NCBI GenBank assembly: GCA_040222015.1
Contig: JAVJWO010000049.1
Span: 1 to 64,000, forward strand
Length of the DNA stretch: 64,000 nucleotides
From: Coleofasciculus chthonoplastes F2-STO-03
Lineage (GTDB): Bacteria; Cyanobacteriota; Cyanobacteriia; Cyanobacteriales; Coleofasciculaceae
Direction of reading: 5' to 3'
The position numbers and the translations under genes were made by a program. The notes under the pieces are model-generated. The model searched no databases, had not been told where the DNA came from, and saw only the letters and a program-made list of their open reading frames with translations. Positions 53,210-62,754 of this stretch are shown here, piece after piece. Every line of letters begins with the position of its first letter. Position 1 is the stretch's first letter.

Positions 53210-54532
53210 ATGAACCAACTCATTAATCAAATGCTTCTTGGTACAGTTGCTTTTACCGTCAGCGTGGCTGTGGGATTATTCATTAACCCTAACAAAGCCT
53301 TAGTTAATGGAGTCGTTACCGTTGTGGCAAGTTATGCTGGCGTTACCGTAGCGGATAAGCGACGCCTCCAAGCAGAAAAACAGCGCAAAAATGCTTTACT
53401 CAATCAAATCCAAGAATTTGAAGAAGAAGAAAGCCTGCTGTATGAATCACTCATGCAGGCAAGGGAAACACAACATCAACTCGAAGCCAGCATTCATGCA
53501 TTACAAACTGAACGAGGTCAACTTCTGAGTCGGGTGTCTGAACTGCATAACCAACGAAATAACCTGTATCAAGAAATCAGTGAAGTTCAACAGCACAAGC
53601 AGGAACACCTAGAGGAAGTGAGTACCCTGCGATCGCAAATTCAGCAGATAGAGAAACACCAAAGCGAACTGAATCAATCCCTTTGGGCAAAAACTGCCCA
53701 AATCCAGCCAGCGGAAACTCGCTTAAATCACTTACATACTGAACTCGAACAGCTTCAAACCGAAATTGCTGATAAACTGCATCAACACGAACATCTTAGT
53801 CAAGACTTAGCTGCACTCGAACGCCGTAAGCAAGACTTAGGCGGCGAAGCTTACGACTTACATACCCAAATTCAAGCCTTAAAGCAACGTTTAGAGCAAC
53901 TGAATCAAGCTTTTTTATCTTTACGAATACAGCAACAGCGAGTGCAGGAATATCTCACTCCGCTCAAATCCGAATTGGAACAAATGCAGCAACAAGTTAC
54001 CGAAAAACAGCAACAACAAAAGCAACTCAATCAAGATTTGGCGCGATTAGATCAGCTTAAACAGCAGTTAGAATCCGATTATGCCGCTCTGCAACAGCAA
54101 ATGCAAACCTTACGAGTACAGAAATTAACAGCAACTGAAACAATCTTCCCCATAATTGAACCTAGTTTATCTGTAATTTTACCACGAGAATGGCAGAAGT
54201 TGCTGGAATTTGCTCAACAGCTTAATCAGGATGAACGAATGGCATTTCAAGCAATTTTGGCAGAAGATAATGCCGCTTTAAATCAAATTTATAATCAAAA
54301 AGGGATAATGTCACAGGATTTAATTCAATCCCTTAATCAAAAGTCTATTTCCATCCTCGGAGATTCTTTATTTTTCAGCGATAGTACCTCAGTTACTCCT
54401 CAACTCCATAAAGACTATAGTTCAGCATTAAAAGAACCAACATCTATTTATTTTAAAGACTTAATTGGACTTAATTATCGTCAAATTAAATCTGACCTAA
54501 TATCAACAAGTTTTATTCACCTCACATCTTGA
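53210..54532 (+). CDS. Membrane-anchored coiled-coil protein, possible TerB-C-like C-terminus
   Basis: Two N-terminal TM helices and a long Q/E/L heptad region. Confidence 0.7.
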   Translation: MNQLINQMLLGTVAFTVSVAVGLFINPNKALVNGVVTVVASYAGVTVADKRRLQAEKQRKNALLNQIQEFEEEESLLYESLMQARETQHQLEASIHALQTERGQLLSRVSELHNQRNNLYQEISEVQQHKQEHLEEVSTLRSQIQQIEKHQSELNQSLWAKTAQIQPAETRLNHLHTELEQLQTEIADKLHQHEHLSQDLAALERRKQDLGGEAYDLHTQIQALKQRLEQLNQAFLSLRIQQQRVQEYLTPLKSELEQMQQQVTEKQQQQKQLNQDLARLDQLKQQLESDYAALQQQMQTLRVQKLTATETIFPIIEPSLSVILPREWQKLLEFAQQLNQDERMAFQAILAEDNAALNQIYNQKGIMSQDLIQSLNQKSISILGDSLFFSDSTSVTPQLHKDYSSALKEPTSIYFKDLIGLNYRQIKSDLISTSFIHLTS

Positions 54533-54556
54533 AAATGCTCACAAATTTGATATGCA

Positions 54557-55081
54557 TTAATACTGCTCAATCCAATTGACTAAATCCGTCATATCTGTAA
54601 AATCTAATAAAGCCTCACTTAATTCATCTAAAGCTGTTGCAAATAAACCATTAATTCGGGATTGCACATCCGGAGTAATCCCGCCAATTCGACGAATCAA
54701 TAAACGGTTAATCATAGCTAACTTTTCCTGCATTATTCCTTGTTGTACTCCTTCCTGTAAACTCTGTTCCACTCGCTCAACTCCCCAAGGTAAAAGAGTT
54801 CCTGATTCGTCCCACCACCGTAACCAATAGCAGGTTATTTCCGCCTTAGTGCCGTACCAAACTCCCAAATATAAACCCATTGTGGCAATCCAGTCGAATA
54901 GCATGGAGGAGGTGATAAAACCAGCGAGTTCTAGAATCTCTCGCAGTGCTGATGCGAGTAAGGGATGATAAATATTCTCCACGGGTTCATCGGGTAAGTG
55001 AAAATCATCAGGCAGTTTTTTCCATTCAACCGTATAGGATACCTTGGGTAGTGTGAGTTGAGATTGAATCATATCACTCAT
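54557..55081 (-). pseudogene. Uma2-family/DUF4351 protein with in-frame loss of the nuclease core
   Basis: WKKLPDDFHLPDEPVEN...LELAG joined directly to WIATMGLYLGVW...WLRWWD; DUF4351 tail LDELSEALLDF. Confidence 0.65.
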
Positions 55082-55109
55082 TGTGAATAATAAGAAGTTG
55101 AGTTAATTT

Positions 55110-55439
55110 ATGATACGTCAAACACAAGGAGCAGGCTTTAAACTTGCCGCTACTGCCATTATCTGGGGATTTGCCACGGGAATGCTAGGGATTTGCATTC
55201 CATTAGTTTCGATGACTGACAGTGGCGTTATTTTACCATTAGCGGTGATTATAGGAGCCAGTTTCACTACTACCGTAATTTGGTTATCGTTCAATCGAGT
55301 ATCTATAAATACAGTGGAGTTGAGCGACAATATTGAGTCGTTAAAGGAACAGGAAGCGACTTTAGACACTATGGATAACAATGAAAAGTTTGATGATCAG
55401 AATAGGATAAAGCTACTGGAACCGAGAGACAATAAGTAG
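55110..55439 (+). CDS. Small two-TM hypothetical protein
   Basis: IWGFATGMLGICIPL; stop codon lies in the adjacent repeat end. Confidence 0.7.
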   Translation: MIRQTQGAGFKLAATAIIWGFATGMLGICIPLVSMTDSGVILPLAVIIGASFTTTVIWLSFNRVSINTVELSDNIESLKEQEATLDTMDNNEKFDDQNRIKLLEPRDNK

Positions 55440-55610
55440 GTGGGGACAATTAAAGTTAACGGTGGGGATGGTCATTCGTCATTCGTCATTCGTCATTTGT
55501 CATTTGTCATTCGTCATTTGTCATTCGTCATTCGTCATTCGTCATTTGTAAGGGTTTGAGGCTTGTTCACAGGTACTGACATTTTGGCTGGTGGGCATTG
55601 CCCACCCTAC
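55433..55610. mobile_element. MITE remnant with GTCATT(C/T) heptamer array and REP
   Basis: TAAGTAGGTGGGGACAATTAAA end, about 11 heptamers at 55471-55547, GGTGGGCATTGCCCACCCTAC. Confidence 0.75.
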
Positions 55611-55618
55611 AGTATAGT

Positions 55619-55740
55619 GCGATCGCGTCTTTGCTTCATGGCAGTGCTTTAATGTTTGTCGCTTATACTGGCTATGGTCGGATTGCCACATTGGGAGAAG
55701 AGGTGCATCACCCGCGACGCACTATCCCGATCGCGATTAT
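55619..55740 (+). pseudogene. APC amino-acid permease internal fragment
   Basis: ALMFVAYTGYGRIATLGEEVHHPRRTIPIAI. Confidence 0.75.
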
Positions 55741-55866
55741 GCCCTTACCAACCTTTGTGCCCTACGGCTATCTGCCCAAGAACGACTGTATCCCAAATGG
55801 ATCGCTGGGGTAGGATTAGCCCGGTGTCTCGTCTTAGGTTCACGAAATCCCTAATTTAATGCAGCG

Positions 55867-58275
55867 ATGATCGGCGATAATAGGTCAGTAGGTGAAAGGG
55901 GAAAGCGATTGTCCGGAGTCACAAAGAGACGCCAACGACGACGAGTCCAGAAAAAGTCCTCAGCTAATGGCTGTTTGGTTGCATTGGGTGCGATCGCAGC
56001 ATTAATCGCCACGGGTGCGATCGTCACTGGGGGGATATGGCTAGGGATTCGCCTGATGATTGATCCCAATGCGGCGATCTGGCTGAATCGCATCTTACCC
56101 GGATGGACAAAGATTCCCATCGCTGATGCTTCACCCCCACAAACTCTGGCAACCATCCGCGACGAATTGCGCCAAACTGGGTTAATCGCCGCAGAACTTG
56201 TATCCCTTAATACAGGACAACCCTATCGAGAAACCCCTATTCTATTACCCATCTTAAAATCTAAGCCGAACTGTCAAACCAATTGCCAAAAAATTGTCGA
56301 ACTGAGACTCTATCAACCCATCGAATTCCAGCAAGCCGAACTCGCTTACCAACTGGTCACTCAGCTTACCATTAACGAACGGTCAGAATACTTTGTCCTC
56401 TCCTCCACCGACGCCATTACTGGGAGTGCGTCTCGTTCCCTAGCCTTTACTCAATTTAACCGTTTAGAAAATCAGGCTCCCGCCACAGGACTTTGGTTTA
56501 ACCTCTGGGGAGTTCGCCTCACCGATGAATCCCCGAAAACTTATGGACAAATCCTCCATTACAACCCCGAACAAATGCACCTGAGTGTTATGTTGGACTG
56601 GCAAAGTCCCACAGATAAACCCCCCTATTGGCAACAAGTGACGGGTGAATCTACCCCAGAATTAGTGATTAATCAAACCGTAGGGTTAGAACCAAAATTT
56701 CAGGTATACCAGGTGCAACCCCGCCAGTTTCTCCTCAATCCAATTCAATTAACTGAAATTTCTTTGAATACACGGGCTGATGATAGTCCCACCTATCGTA
56801 ATTCCTTAATGTTAGCTCAGAATGGGTTATGGTCTTGGGCATATCGACGATTGCAACAAGAACAGAAAAACACTGAGTCGGCAACTATTCAAGCCCAACG
56901 GGATGTGATTCGACTTCATGCCCAATTTACCGAAGCCCAAGCCAAGCAAACTTGGGCAAGTCAAGGACAACAAGTTCTCGCCTATCTTATTGATGGACGC
57001 TGGACAGATGGCTTACAGATATTTCAAACCGCCGCCTTGAATGGTTCCGCCGAAGACATTGCTAATTTACTCAAAACCGATACAGAGAGATTATGGCGAC
57101 GGGTAGAAGCTGCCCTCAAGATTAGTCCCAATGATCGCACCGTAAAAACCTGGGGGGCTTTAATTCTCGCCGCCCAAGAAGGGCGGGCTGAAGCTATCTC
57201 TTGGTTGCAGCAATTCCCCTCCCCTGAATCAGAATCCGATCAGCCTCAACTGGATAATGATGCCCAGATTTATGCCTACCTGGATTACCTGGATTTAGCG
57301 TTAGCCCAAGTCCCACCCATCACCCCTCATTTAAGTCAAATTTTAGGTACTGCACAATCGATTGAAACTGTCAAGCCGGAAGAGTGGCGACAACCGGAAG
57401 TGGGAAATAGTACAGCAACCTTTCCCCTATCGTTAACCACCCCATCTTCAATCCCCAATCCCCCATCCCTAGTTCTCCAAAAAGCCCCCCAACAGGTTTG
57501 GTATCAGATAGAAGTGGCGGCGTTTAATGATGGTCAACGCTGGCGTCAAACACCATTTAACGACGTGCAATTACCAACTGTTGCCCCAACGCAGCGTCTT
57601 TGGCAATATCTGGGCTTAGACACTGATCAGCGCCTGCAAATCGCCGTTTGGTCGGCACAGGGACGCCAGGAGACGATCGTCGCGACGGTTCAAGCGGTAT
57701 CCTATCAAAACGGAGTGATCCAGCTTTTAGCCGCAGGAGTTGCCTTACCTAGCACAGAAAATAGTCGTCCCATGGCATATTCTCAAACCGCGCTACGCTG
57801 GCTAGAACCGGGTTCAATTAGCTTATCCGATTTAAACCAACTGCAACCGCAATGGGTGGCGGCAATATTACCAACACTGTGGCAGGAATTGGTCAAAAGT
57901 GGCAAGCGATCGCCCGAAGTCGAACCCACGATTGAGATGATGCTGCAAGAGATTGGACATTGGACAGTTCAGCCTCTGGATTTGACCGGGAATAATGAAT
58001 CAGAAGCCGTTTTAACCTTATATGAAGATACAGCCAGTACCAGCCCAACCCTAAATATCAAACGCCCGGAAACGAACAAGCAGCAATATAAACCTCGAAC
58101 CTTAATATTTTCCGACAAGGGGGCGTTACTCTACAGTGAATTATCCAGCCAGGGGAATACATCACTGACTGCGATCGCGGATTTGGGGGATGGCGGAACA
58201 GCGGCGTTAGTTTTGGCGGGTGAGAATAAATATAGGCTAAAACGGTGGTCAGATCAGCGTAAACGTTTTGAGTAA
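55867..58275 (+). CDS. Large membrane-anchored hypothetical protein
   Basis: 802-aa ORF with a basic N-terminus and one TM helix. Confidence 0.8.
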   Translation: MIGDNRSVGERGKRLSGVTKRRQRRRVQKKSSANGCLVALGAIAALIATGAIVTGGIWLGIRLMIDPNAAIWLNRILPGWTKIPIADASPPQTLATIRDELRQTGLIAAELVSLNTGQPYRETPILLPILKSKPNCQTNCQKIVELRLYQPIEFQQAELAYQLVTQLTINERSEYFVLSSTDAITGSASRSLAFTQFNRLENQAPATGLWFNLWGVRLTDESPKTYGQILHYNPEQMHLSVMLDWQSPTDKPPYWQQVTGESTPELVINQTVGLEPKFQVYQVQPRQFLLNPIQLTEISLNTRADDSPTYRNSLMLAQNGLWSWAYRRLQQEQKNTESATIQAQRDVIRLHAQFTEAQAKQTWASQGQQVLAYLIDGRWTDGLQIFQTAALNGSAEDIANLLKTDTERLWRRVEAALKISPNDRTVKTWGALILAAQEGRAEAISWLQQFPSPESESDQPQLDNDAQIYAYLDYLDLALAQVPPITPHLSQILGTAQSIETVKPEEWRQPEVGNSTATFPLSLTTPSSIPNPPSLVLQKAPQQVWYQIEVAAFNDGQRWRQTPFNDVQLPTVAPTQRLWQYLGLDTDQRLQIAVWSAQGRQETIVATVQAVSYQNGVIQLLAAGVALPSTENSRPMAYSQTALRWLEPGSISLSDLNQLQPQWVAAILPTLWQELVKSGKRSPEVEPTIEMMLQEIGHWTVQPLDLTGNNESEAVLTLYEDTASTSPTLNIKRPETNKQQYKPRTLIFSDKGALLYSELSSQGNTSLTAIADLGDGGTAALVLAGENKYRLKRWSDQRKRFE

Positions 58276-58293
58276 AGGCAGATTGATCACCTT

Positions 58294-58350
58294 TAGGACT
58301 GACGCAAAGGCTCTATATGTAGGGTGTGTTAGCGTAGCGTAACGCACCTT
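58294..58350. mobile_element. Nezha-like MITE half copy directly upstream of hsdM
   Basis: Near identical to 35968-36024. Confidence 0.75.
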
Positions 58351-58364
58351 TGCCCTATTAACCT

Positions 58365-60554
58365 ATGACGACAACCGTACAAAACGCTAATCATCAAGAG
58401 TTAGTCGGCTTGATCTGGAGTATCGCCGATAAGCTGCGAGGTCCCTACCGCCCCCCTCAATACCGTCAGGTGATGTTACCGATGATTGTGTTGCGTCGTC
58501 TTGATTCTGTCCTAGAACCTACTAAGGAAGTCGTTTTAGCAGCCAAGGCAAAGTATGCGAACGTCTTGCAGGGGGAGGCGTTTGAGAAGGCGATCGCGAA
58601 AGTTGCGATCGGGGGGAATCGCCAACAGCCTTTGTATAACCTCAGCGAGTTTACCTTTAAGAAGCTTTTGGGGGACTCGGAAGGATTAGCCGATAATCTT
58701 CGCGCCTATATCAATGGCTTTTCTCCCCTGGCGCGGGATATCTTTGATAAGTTTGACTTTGATAAGCAGATTCAGAAACTCGATGAAGCCAATCGCCTCT
58801 ACGAAGTCATGCAGGCGATCGCGAGTCCTGATGTAGAGTTATCTCCGGCGCACCTCTCCAACCTGCAAATGGGGTATTTGTTCGAGGAATTGGTGAGGAA
58901 ATTTAACGAACAAGCAAACGAAGAAGCCGGAGACCATTTTACTCCCCGTGAAGTGATTCGCCTGATGGTCAATCTGGTCTTCTGTGAGGAAGAGGATGTC
59001 TTTCAAAAAGGGATTTACCGCACCGTCTATGACCCCACAGCGGGAACCGGGGGAATGCTATCGGTAGCGGAGGAATATATCAAACGGCAAAACCCAGAGG
59101 CAAATTTGGCATTATTTGGGCAAGAATATAACCCCGAATCCTACGCGATTTGCTGTTCTGACCTGCTGATTAAAGATGAACCGATTAACAATCTGGTTTA
59201 TGGGGACACATTAGGACTCAAAGACGCGAAGCAAAAGAGTAATAACTTTGTTCCCCACGATGGTCATAGCGATAAACAGTTTCATTATATGTTTGCTAAT
59301 CCTCCCTTTGGGGTGGAGTGGAAACCAGAGAAAGATTTCATCGAGTCTGAATATCAAACCCTGGGGTTTAAGGGTCGCTTTGGCGCAGGTTTACCCCGGA
59401 TTAATGATGGGTCGCTGTTGTTTCTGCAGCACATGATTTCTAAGATGTACTCTGCACCAGAGGCGGGGGGAGATGGGTCACGCATTGCCATTGTGTTTAA
59501 TGGTTCACCTTTATTTACTGGGGATGCGGGGAGTGGGGAGAGTAATATTCGCCGTTGGATTATTGAGAATGACTGGCTTGATGCAGTGGTGGCGTTACCG
59601 GATCAGATGTTTTATAACACCGGGATTTTTACTTATATCTGGTTGGTGACGAATAAGAAAGCCCCCCATAGGAAAGGGAAGGTACAGTTGATTGATGGGA
59701 CACACCACTATCAGAAGATGAAAAAGAGTCTAGGGAATAAGCGGAATGAGTTATCCCCTGAACATATCGAAAAATTAGTGCGACTTTATGGGGATTATCA
59801 ACACAATGGGGAAAGCCAAGAACGGGTTTGTTCTAAGATTTTTGATAATCGGGAGTTTGGTTTTCTTAAGATTACGGTAGAACGTCCCTTACGGCTGAAT
59901 TTTCAAGTGAGTGAGGAACGCTTGGCGCGATTGTGGGAACAAACGGCGTTTCAAAATTTGGCAACCAGTAAGAAGCGTAAAGATGAGCAGGCGAAGCAGC
60001 TTGAAATGGAGATGGGGCAAAACTTACAAAAAGATATCATTACTGCACTGTATTGCCTGGATGGGAATAAACTCTATTTGTCCCGTGATGGGTTTGTGAA
60101 GGATATGGAAAAGGCTTTAAAACAAGCAGAGTTAAAGCTGAAAAGTCCAGTAAAAAAGGCGATTTTAGCAGCATTGGGGGAAACTGATCCGGAAGCGGAA
60201 ATCTGTCAGGATAGCAAGGGAAACGTTGAACCGGATACCAGTTTACGAGATACGGAGATTGTGCCTTTACCGGAGGATATCCCTTTACCTTTACCGTTGG
60301 AGTATGATGGGAAAACGGGATTAGATGGGTTAAATAAATTAGTCAAAGCGCATTGTTTGGCGTATCTGGAGGCGGAGGTTTTACCCCATGTTCCCGATGC
60401 TTGGATTGATTTTGATAAAACGAAGGTGGGGTATGAGATTCCGTTGAATCGGCATTTCTATGTGTATCAGCCTCCTCGCCCCTTGGCGGCGATTGAGGAG
60501 GATATTAAGTCTTTAGAGGCGGATATTATGGCGATGTTGGGGGAGGTAGTGTAA
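58365..60554 (+). CDS. hsdM: Type I R-M methyltransferase subunit
   Basis: IWSIADKLRG, HFTPREV, YDPTAGTGG, ANPPFG and VGYEIP motifs. Confidence 0.96.
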   Translation: MTTTVQNANHQELVGLIWSIADKLRGPYRPPQYRQVMLPMIVLRRLDSVLEPTKEVVLAAKAKYANVLQGEAFEKAIAKVAIGGNRQQPLYNLSEFTFKKLLGDSEGLADNLRAYINGFSPLARDIFDKFDFDKQIQKLDEANRLYEVMQAIASPDVELSPAHLSNLQMGYLFEELVRKFNEQANEEAGDHFTPREVIRLMVNLVFCEEEDVFQKGIYRTVYDPTAGTGGMLSVAEEYIKRQNPEANLALFGQEYNPESYAICCSDLLIKDEPINNLVYGDTLGLKDAKQKSNNFVPHDGHSDKQFHYMFANPPFGVEWKPEKDFIESEYQTLGFKGRFGAGLPRINDGSLLFLQHMISKMYSAPEAGGDGSRIAIVFNGSPLFTGDAGSGESNIRRWIIENDWLDAVVALPDQMFYNTGIFTYIWLVTNKKAPHRKGKVQLIDGTHHYQKMKKSLGNKRNELSPEHIEKLVRLYGDYQHNGESQERVCSKIFDNREFGFLKITVERPLRLNFQVSEERLARLWEQTAFQNLATSKKRKDEQAKQLEMEMGQNLQKDIITALYCLDGNKLYLSRDGFVKDMEKALKQAELKLKSPVKKAILAALGETDPEAEICQDSKGNVEPDTSLRDTEIVPLPEDIPLPLPLEYDGKTGLDGLNKLVKAHCLAYLEAEVLPHVPDAWIDFDKTKVGYEIPLNRHFYVYQPPRPLAAIEEDIKSLEADIMAMLGEVV

Positions 60555-60597
60555 ATTAGACTTAATAAGATGCAAATTTAGTGCAAGGCTGATCGGG

Positions 60598-60888
60598 ATG
60601 ATTCATTTAGGGCGGGATATTCAATCGCTTTCCACCTTTAAGCGCAATACCAGTGACCTGATTCAACAGATGAAGGAAACGGGAAATCCGATTGTTTTGA
60701 CAGTAAATGGGAAAGCAGAAGTGGTTGTACAGGATGCTACTGCTTATCAGAAGTTATTGGATACCATCGAACACCTAGAATCTTTGGTGGCGATTCAAAG
60801 GGGATTAACAGATATTGACAAGGGTGAGACTCAATCCCTTGAAAGTTTTGTGACTGAGATGCAAGCTAAACATGGTATTTCAGATTAA
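60598..60888 (+). CDS. Phd/YefM family antitoxin
   Basis: SLSTFKRN, PIVLTVNGKAEVVV. Confidence 0.9.
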   Translation: MIHLGRDIQSLSTFKRNTSDLIQQMKETGNPIVLTVNGKAEVVVQDATAYQKLLDTIEHLESLVAIQRGLTDIDKGETQSLESFVTEMQAKHGISD

Positions 60889-61198
60889 GTTGACTCGTTA
60901 TGCCAAAGAGGAAATAGAGTCGGCTTATCTTTGGTTAAAAGACTATAATTCTGCCTATGCAGACCAATGGTTTCGAGATTTGATGGATACCATCGCTACT
61001 TTACAAGAAAAGCCAAGACGTTGTGCTTTAGCCAGGGAAAATGATGATTTTTCAGAGGAGATTAGACAGCTTCTTTATGGAAAATCCAAGAGTCGATATC
61101 GCATTGTTTTTACAGTTAAAGGGGAGTTTGTTTATATTCTTTCTGTGCGCCGTGGGTCTAGGTCAGCTTTAGATTTTAACCCTCTCGATATGGAGTAA
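60872..61198 (+). CDS. ParE/RelE family toxin
   Basis: AKEEIESAY, PRRCALA, YRIVF and ILSVR motifs. Confidence 0.88.
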   Translation: MVFQIKLTRYAKEEIESAYLWLKDYNSAYADQWFRDLMDTIATLQEKPRRCALARENDDFSEEIRQLLYGKSKSRYRIVFTVKGEFVYILSVRRGSRSALDFNPLDME

Positions 61199-61217
61199 TT
61201 TAAGGGAGACTAACATT

Positions 61218-61538
61218 ATGCAGGTAACGATTAATTTACCGGACAAGTTAACGGCAAAGGTACAAAATAAATGGAGAGATTTACCGCAAGAAATTCTCCG
61301 TCAATTGGTGTTGAAAGCATTTAGGGAAGGGCTGATTGATTTTGAGGAGTTTCAGGAGTTGGGAACGTTTGCATCTGAAGGAGATTTAAATGAGTTTTTG
61401 AAGCAAAATAATATGCTTCATAGTTCGGGGTTACTTAATTTATATGGTTGCTGTGCGGAGGATGATTTCGATGTTGATGATTTAGGGGTAGATAATAGCC
61501 TAGATGATGATTTAGAAGGGGTTTTTGATGAGTCGTGA
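61218..61538 (+). CDS. UPF0175-like antitoxin
   Basis: MQVTINLPD start, acidic tail, overlaps the PIN gene. Confidence 0.7.
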   Translation: MQVTINLPDKLTAKVQNKWRDLPQEILRQLVLKAFREGLIDFEEFQELGTFASEGDLNEFLKQNNMLHSSGLLNLYGCCAEDDFDVDDLGVDNSLDDDLEGVFDES

Positions 61539-61944
61539 CCTTGTTTATTTGTTAGATACTAATGTTTGTATTGTGTATCTTAAAGGAAAGTCCTTACAGG
61601 TGAACAGCCGTTTTGACAAGGTTAGTCCCAACAAGATTGCGGTGTGTTCTGTGGTTAAGGCTGAGTTATTCTATGGTTCAATGAAGAGTAATAATCCTCA
61701 GAAGTCTCTGAATTTACAACGGTCTTTTTTGAATCAGTTTAGCTCTCTGCCTTTTGATGATAACTGTGCGGAGGTTTACGGAAGGATTAGGGCGGAGTTG
61801 GCAAAAGCGGGGACTCCGATTGGTTTTAATGATTTACAAATTGCTTCTATTGCGTTAGCAAATGGCTTAATTTTAGTAACACATAATGTTAGAGAATTTG
61901 AACGGATTAAGGGTTTAAAGATTGAGGATTGGGAGGAAAATTAA
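61528..61944 (+). CDS. VapC / PIN toxin
   Basis: YLLDTNVC, GTPIGFNDLQIA and LVTHNVREF motifs. Confidence 0.93.
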   Translation: MSRDLVYLLDTNVCIVYLKGKSLQVNSRFDKVSPNKIAVCSVVKAELFYGSMKSNNPQKSLNLQRSFLNQFSSLPFDDNCAEVYGRIRAELAKAGTPIGFNDLQIASIALANGLILVTHNVREFERIKGLKIEDWEEN

Positions 61945-62228
61945 TGGCTTTAATTATTTCAGATGAACAGTTGGAAACTATCGAACTTCCGGCTGAGGTG
62001 CAGCAAAAAGCCTTACAAAAAGCCAAGGAGGGCTATGTAATGATTTTACTAGAAGCAGGGGAGATTACCAGTAGTCGGGCAGGAAAAATTCTAGGATTTT
62101 CTCGTTGGGAAGTGATTGAAAGGATGAAACAATGGGGTATTTCCCTTTTTGATGATTCTCAAGATTTGGAAGAATTAGCCCAGGAAGTTGAACAGGCAGA
62201 ATTAATGTTACAGCAACAGAAATCTTGA
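61944..62228 (+). CDS. UPF0175 family antitoxin-like protein
   Basis: GEITSSRAGKILGFSRWE; TAATG coupling to vapC. Confidence 0.8.
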   Translation: MALIISDEQLETIELPAEVQQKALQKAKEGYVMILLEAGEITSSRAGKILGFSRWEVIERMKQWGISLFDDSQDLEELAQEVEQAELMLQQQKS

Positions 62229-62378
62229 ATGATTATTGTTTCTGCTACAACCCCGATTGGTAGGGGCTTGGTTACCAAGCCCGTACATTGTAGGGGTAGA
62301 TGATAGCCTTGATGATGAGTTATAAAAGAGTTTGAACGAATTAAAGGGTTAAACATTGAGGATTGGGAGGAAGGTTAA
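62229..62378 (+). pseudogene. DUF3368 start cut by a REP, then collapsed antitoxin/vapC 3' ends
   Basis: MIIVSATTPI, REP at 62260-62286; 62291-62324 resembles 61483-61516 and 62328-62378 resembles 61894-61944. Confidence 0.75.
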
Positions 62379-62626
62379 TGGGTTTAATCATTTCAGATGA
62401 TTTTTTAGAGGCTTCTGAGTTAACACAAACGGAGTTTTTGCAGGAGATGGCGTTGCATCTATTTCAGTCGGGACGTTTAACCCTAAGCTATGCAGCGAAA
62501 ATGGCGCAGATGGATGTCAGTGCTTTTCGAGATTTGTTGAAGGCGCGTCGTATTCCTCTATATCAATATGATGTAGATGATTTTGAGGTTGATTTACAAA
62601 ATTTGCAGGAGTTAGGGCGTTTGTGA
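62378..62626 (+). CDS. UPF0175 family antitoxin-like protein
   Basis: EMALHLFQSGRLTLSYAAKMA...YDVDDFEVDL. Confidence 0.85.
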   Translation: MGLIISDDFLEASELTQTEFLQEMALHLFQSGRLTLSYAAKMAQMDVSAFRDLLKARRIPLYQYDVDDFEVDLQNLQELGRL

Positions 62627-62754
62627 TTATTAGTGATACTTCTGTAATTACTAATCTGATTAGTATTGACCATATTGAGGATTCTACTTTCTGGATTTCT
62701 CCACCTTTGTATAACAAAATTTTGGAATTAGCAGGAGAAAAGGAGGACGAGTGA
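62623..62754 (+). pseudogene. DUF3368 PIN-like protein with internal deletion (43 aa)
   Basis: MIISDTSVITNLISI fused to FWISPPLYNKILELAGE. Confidence 0.75.

Noticed and set aside
55471..55547. Possible CRISPR or iteron array
   Set aside because: Simple heptamer tandem repeat with no spacers
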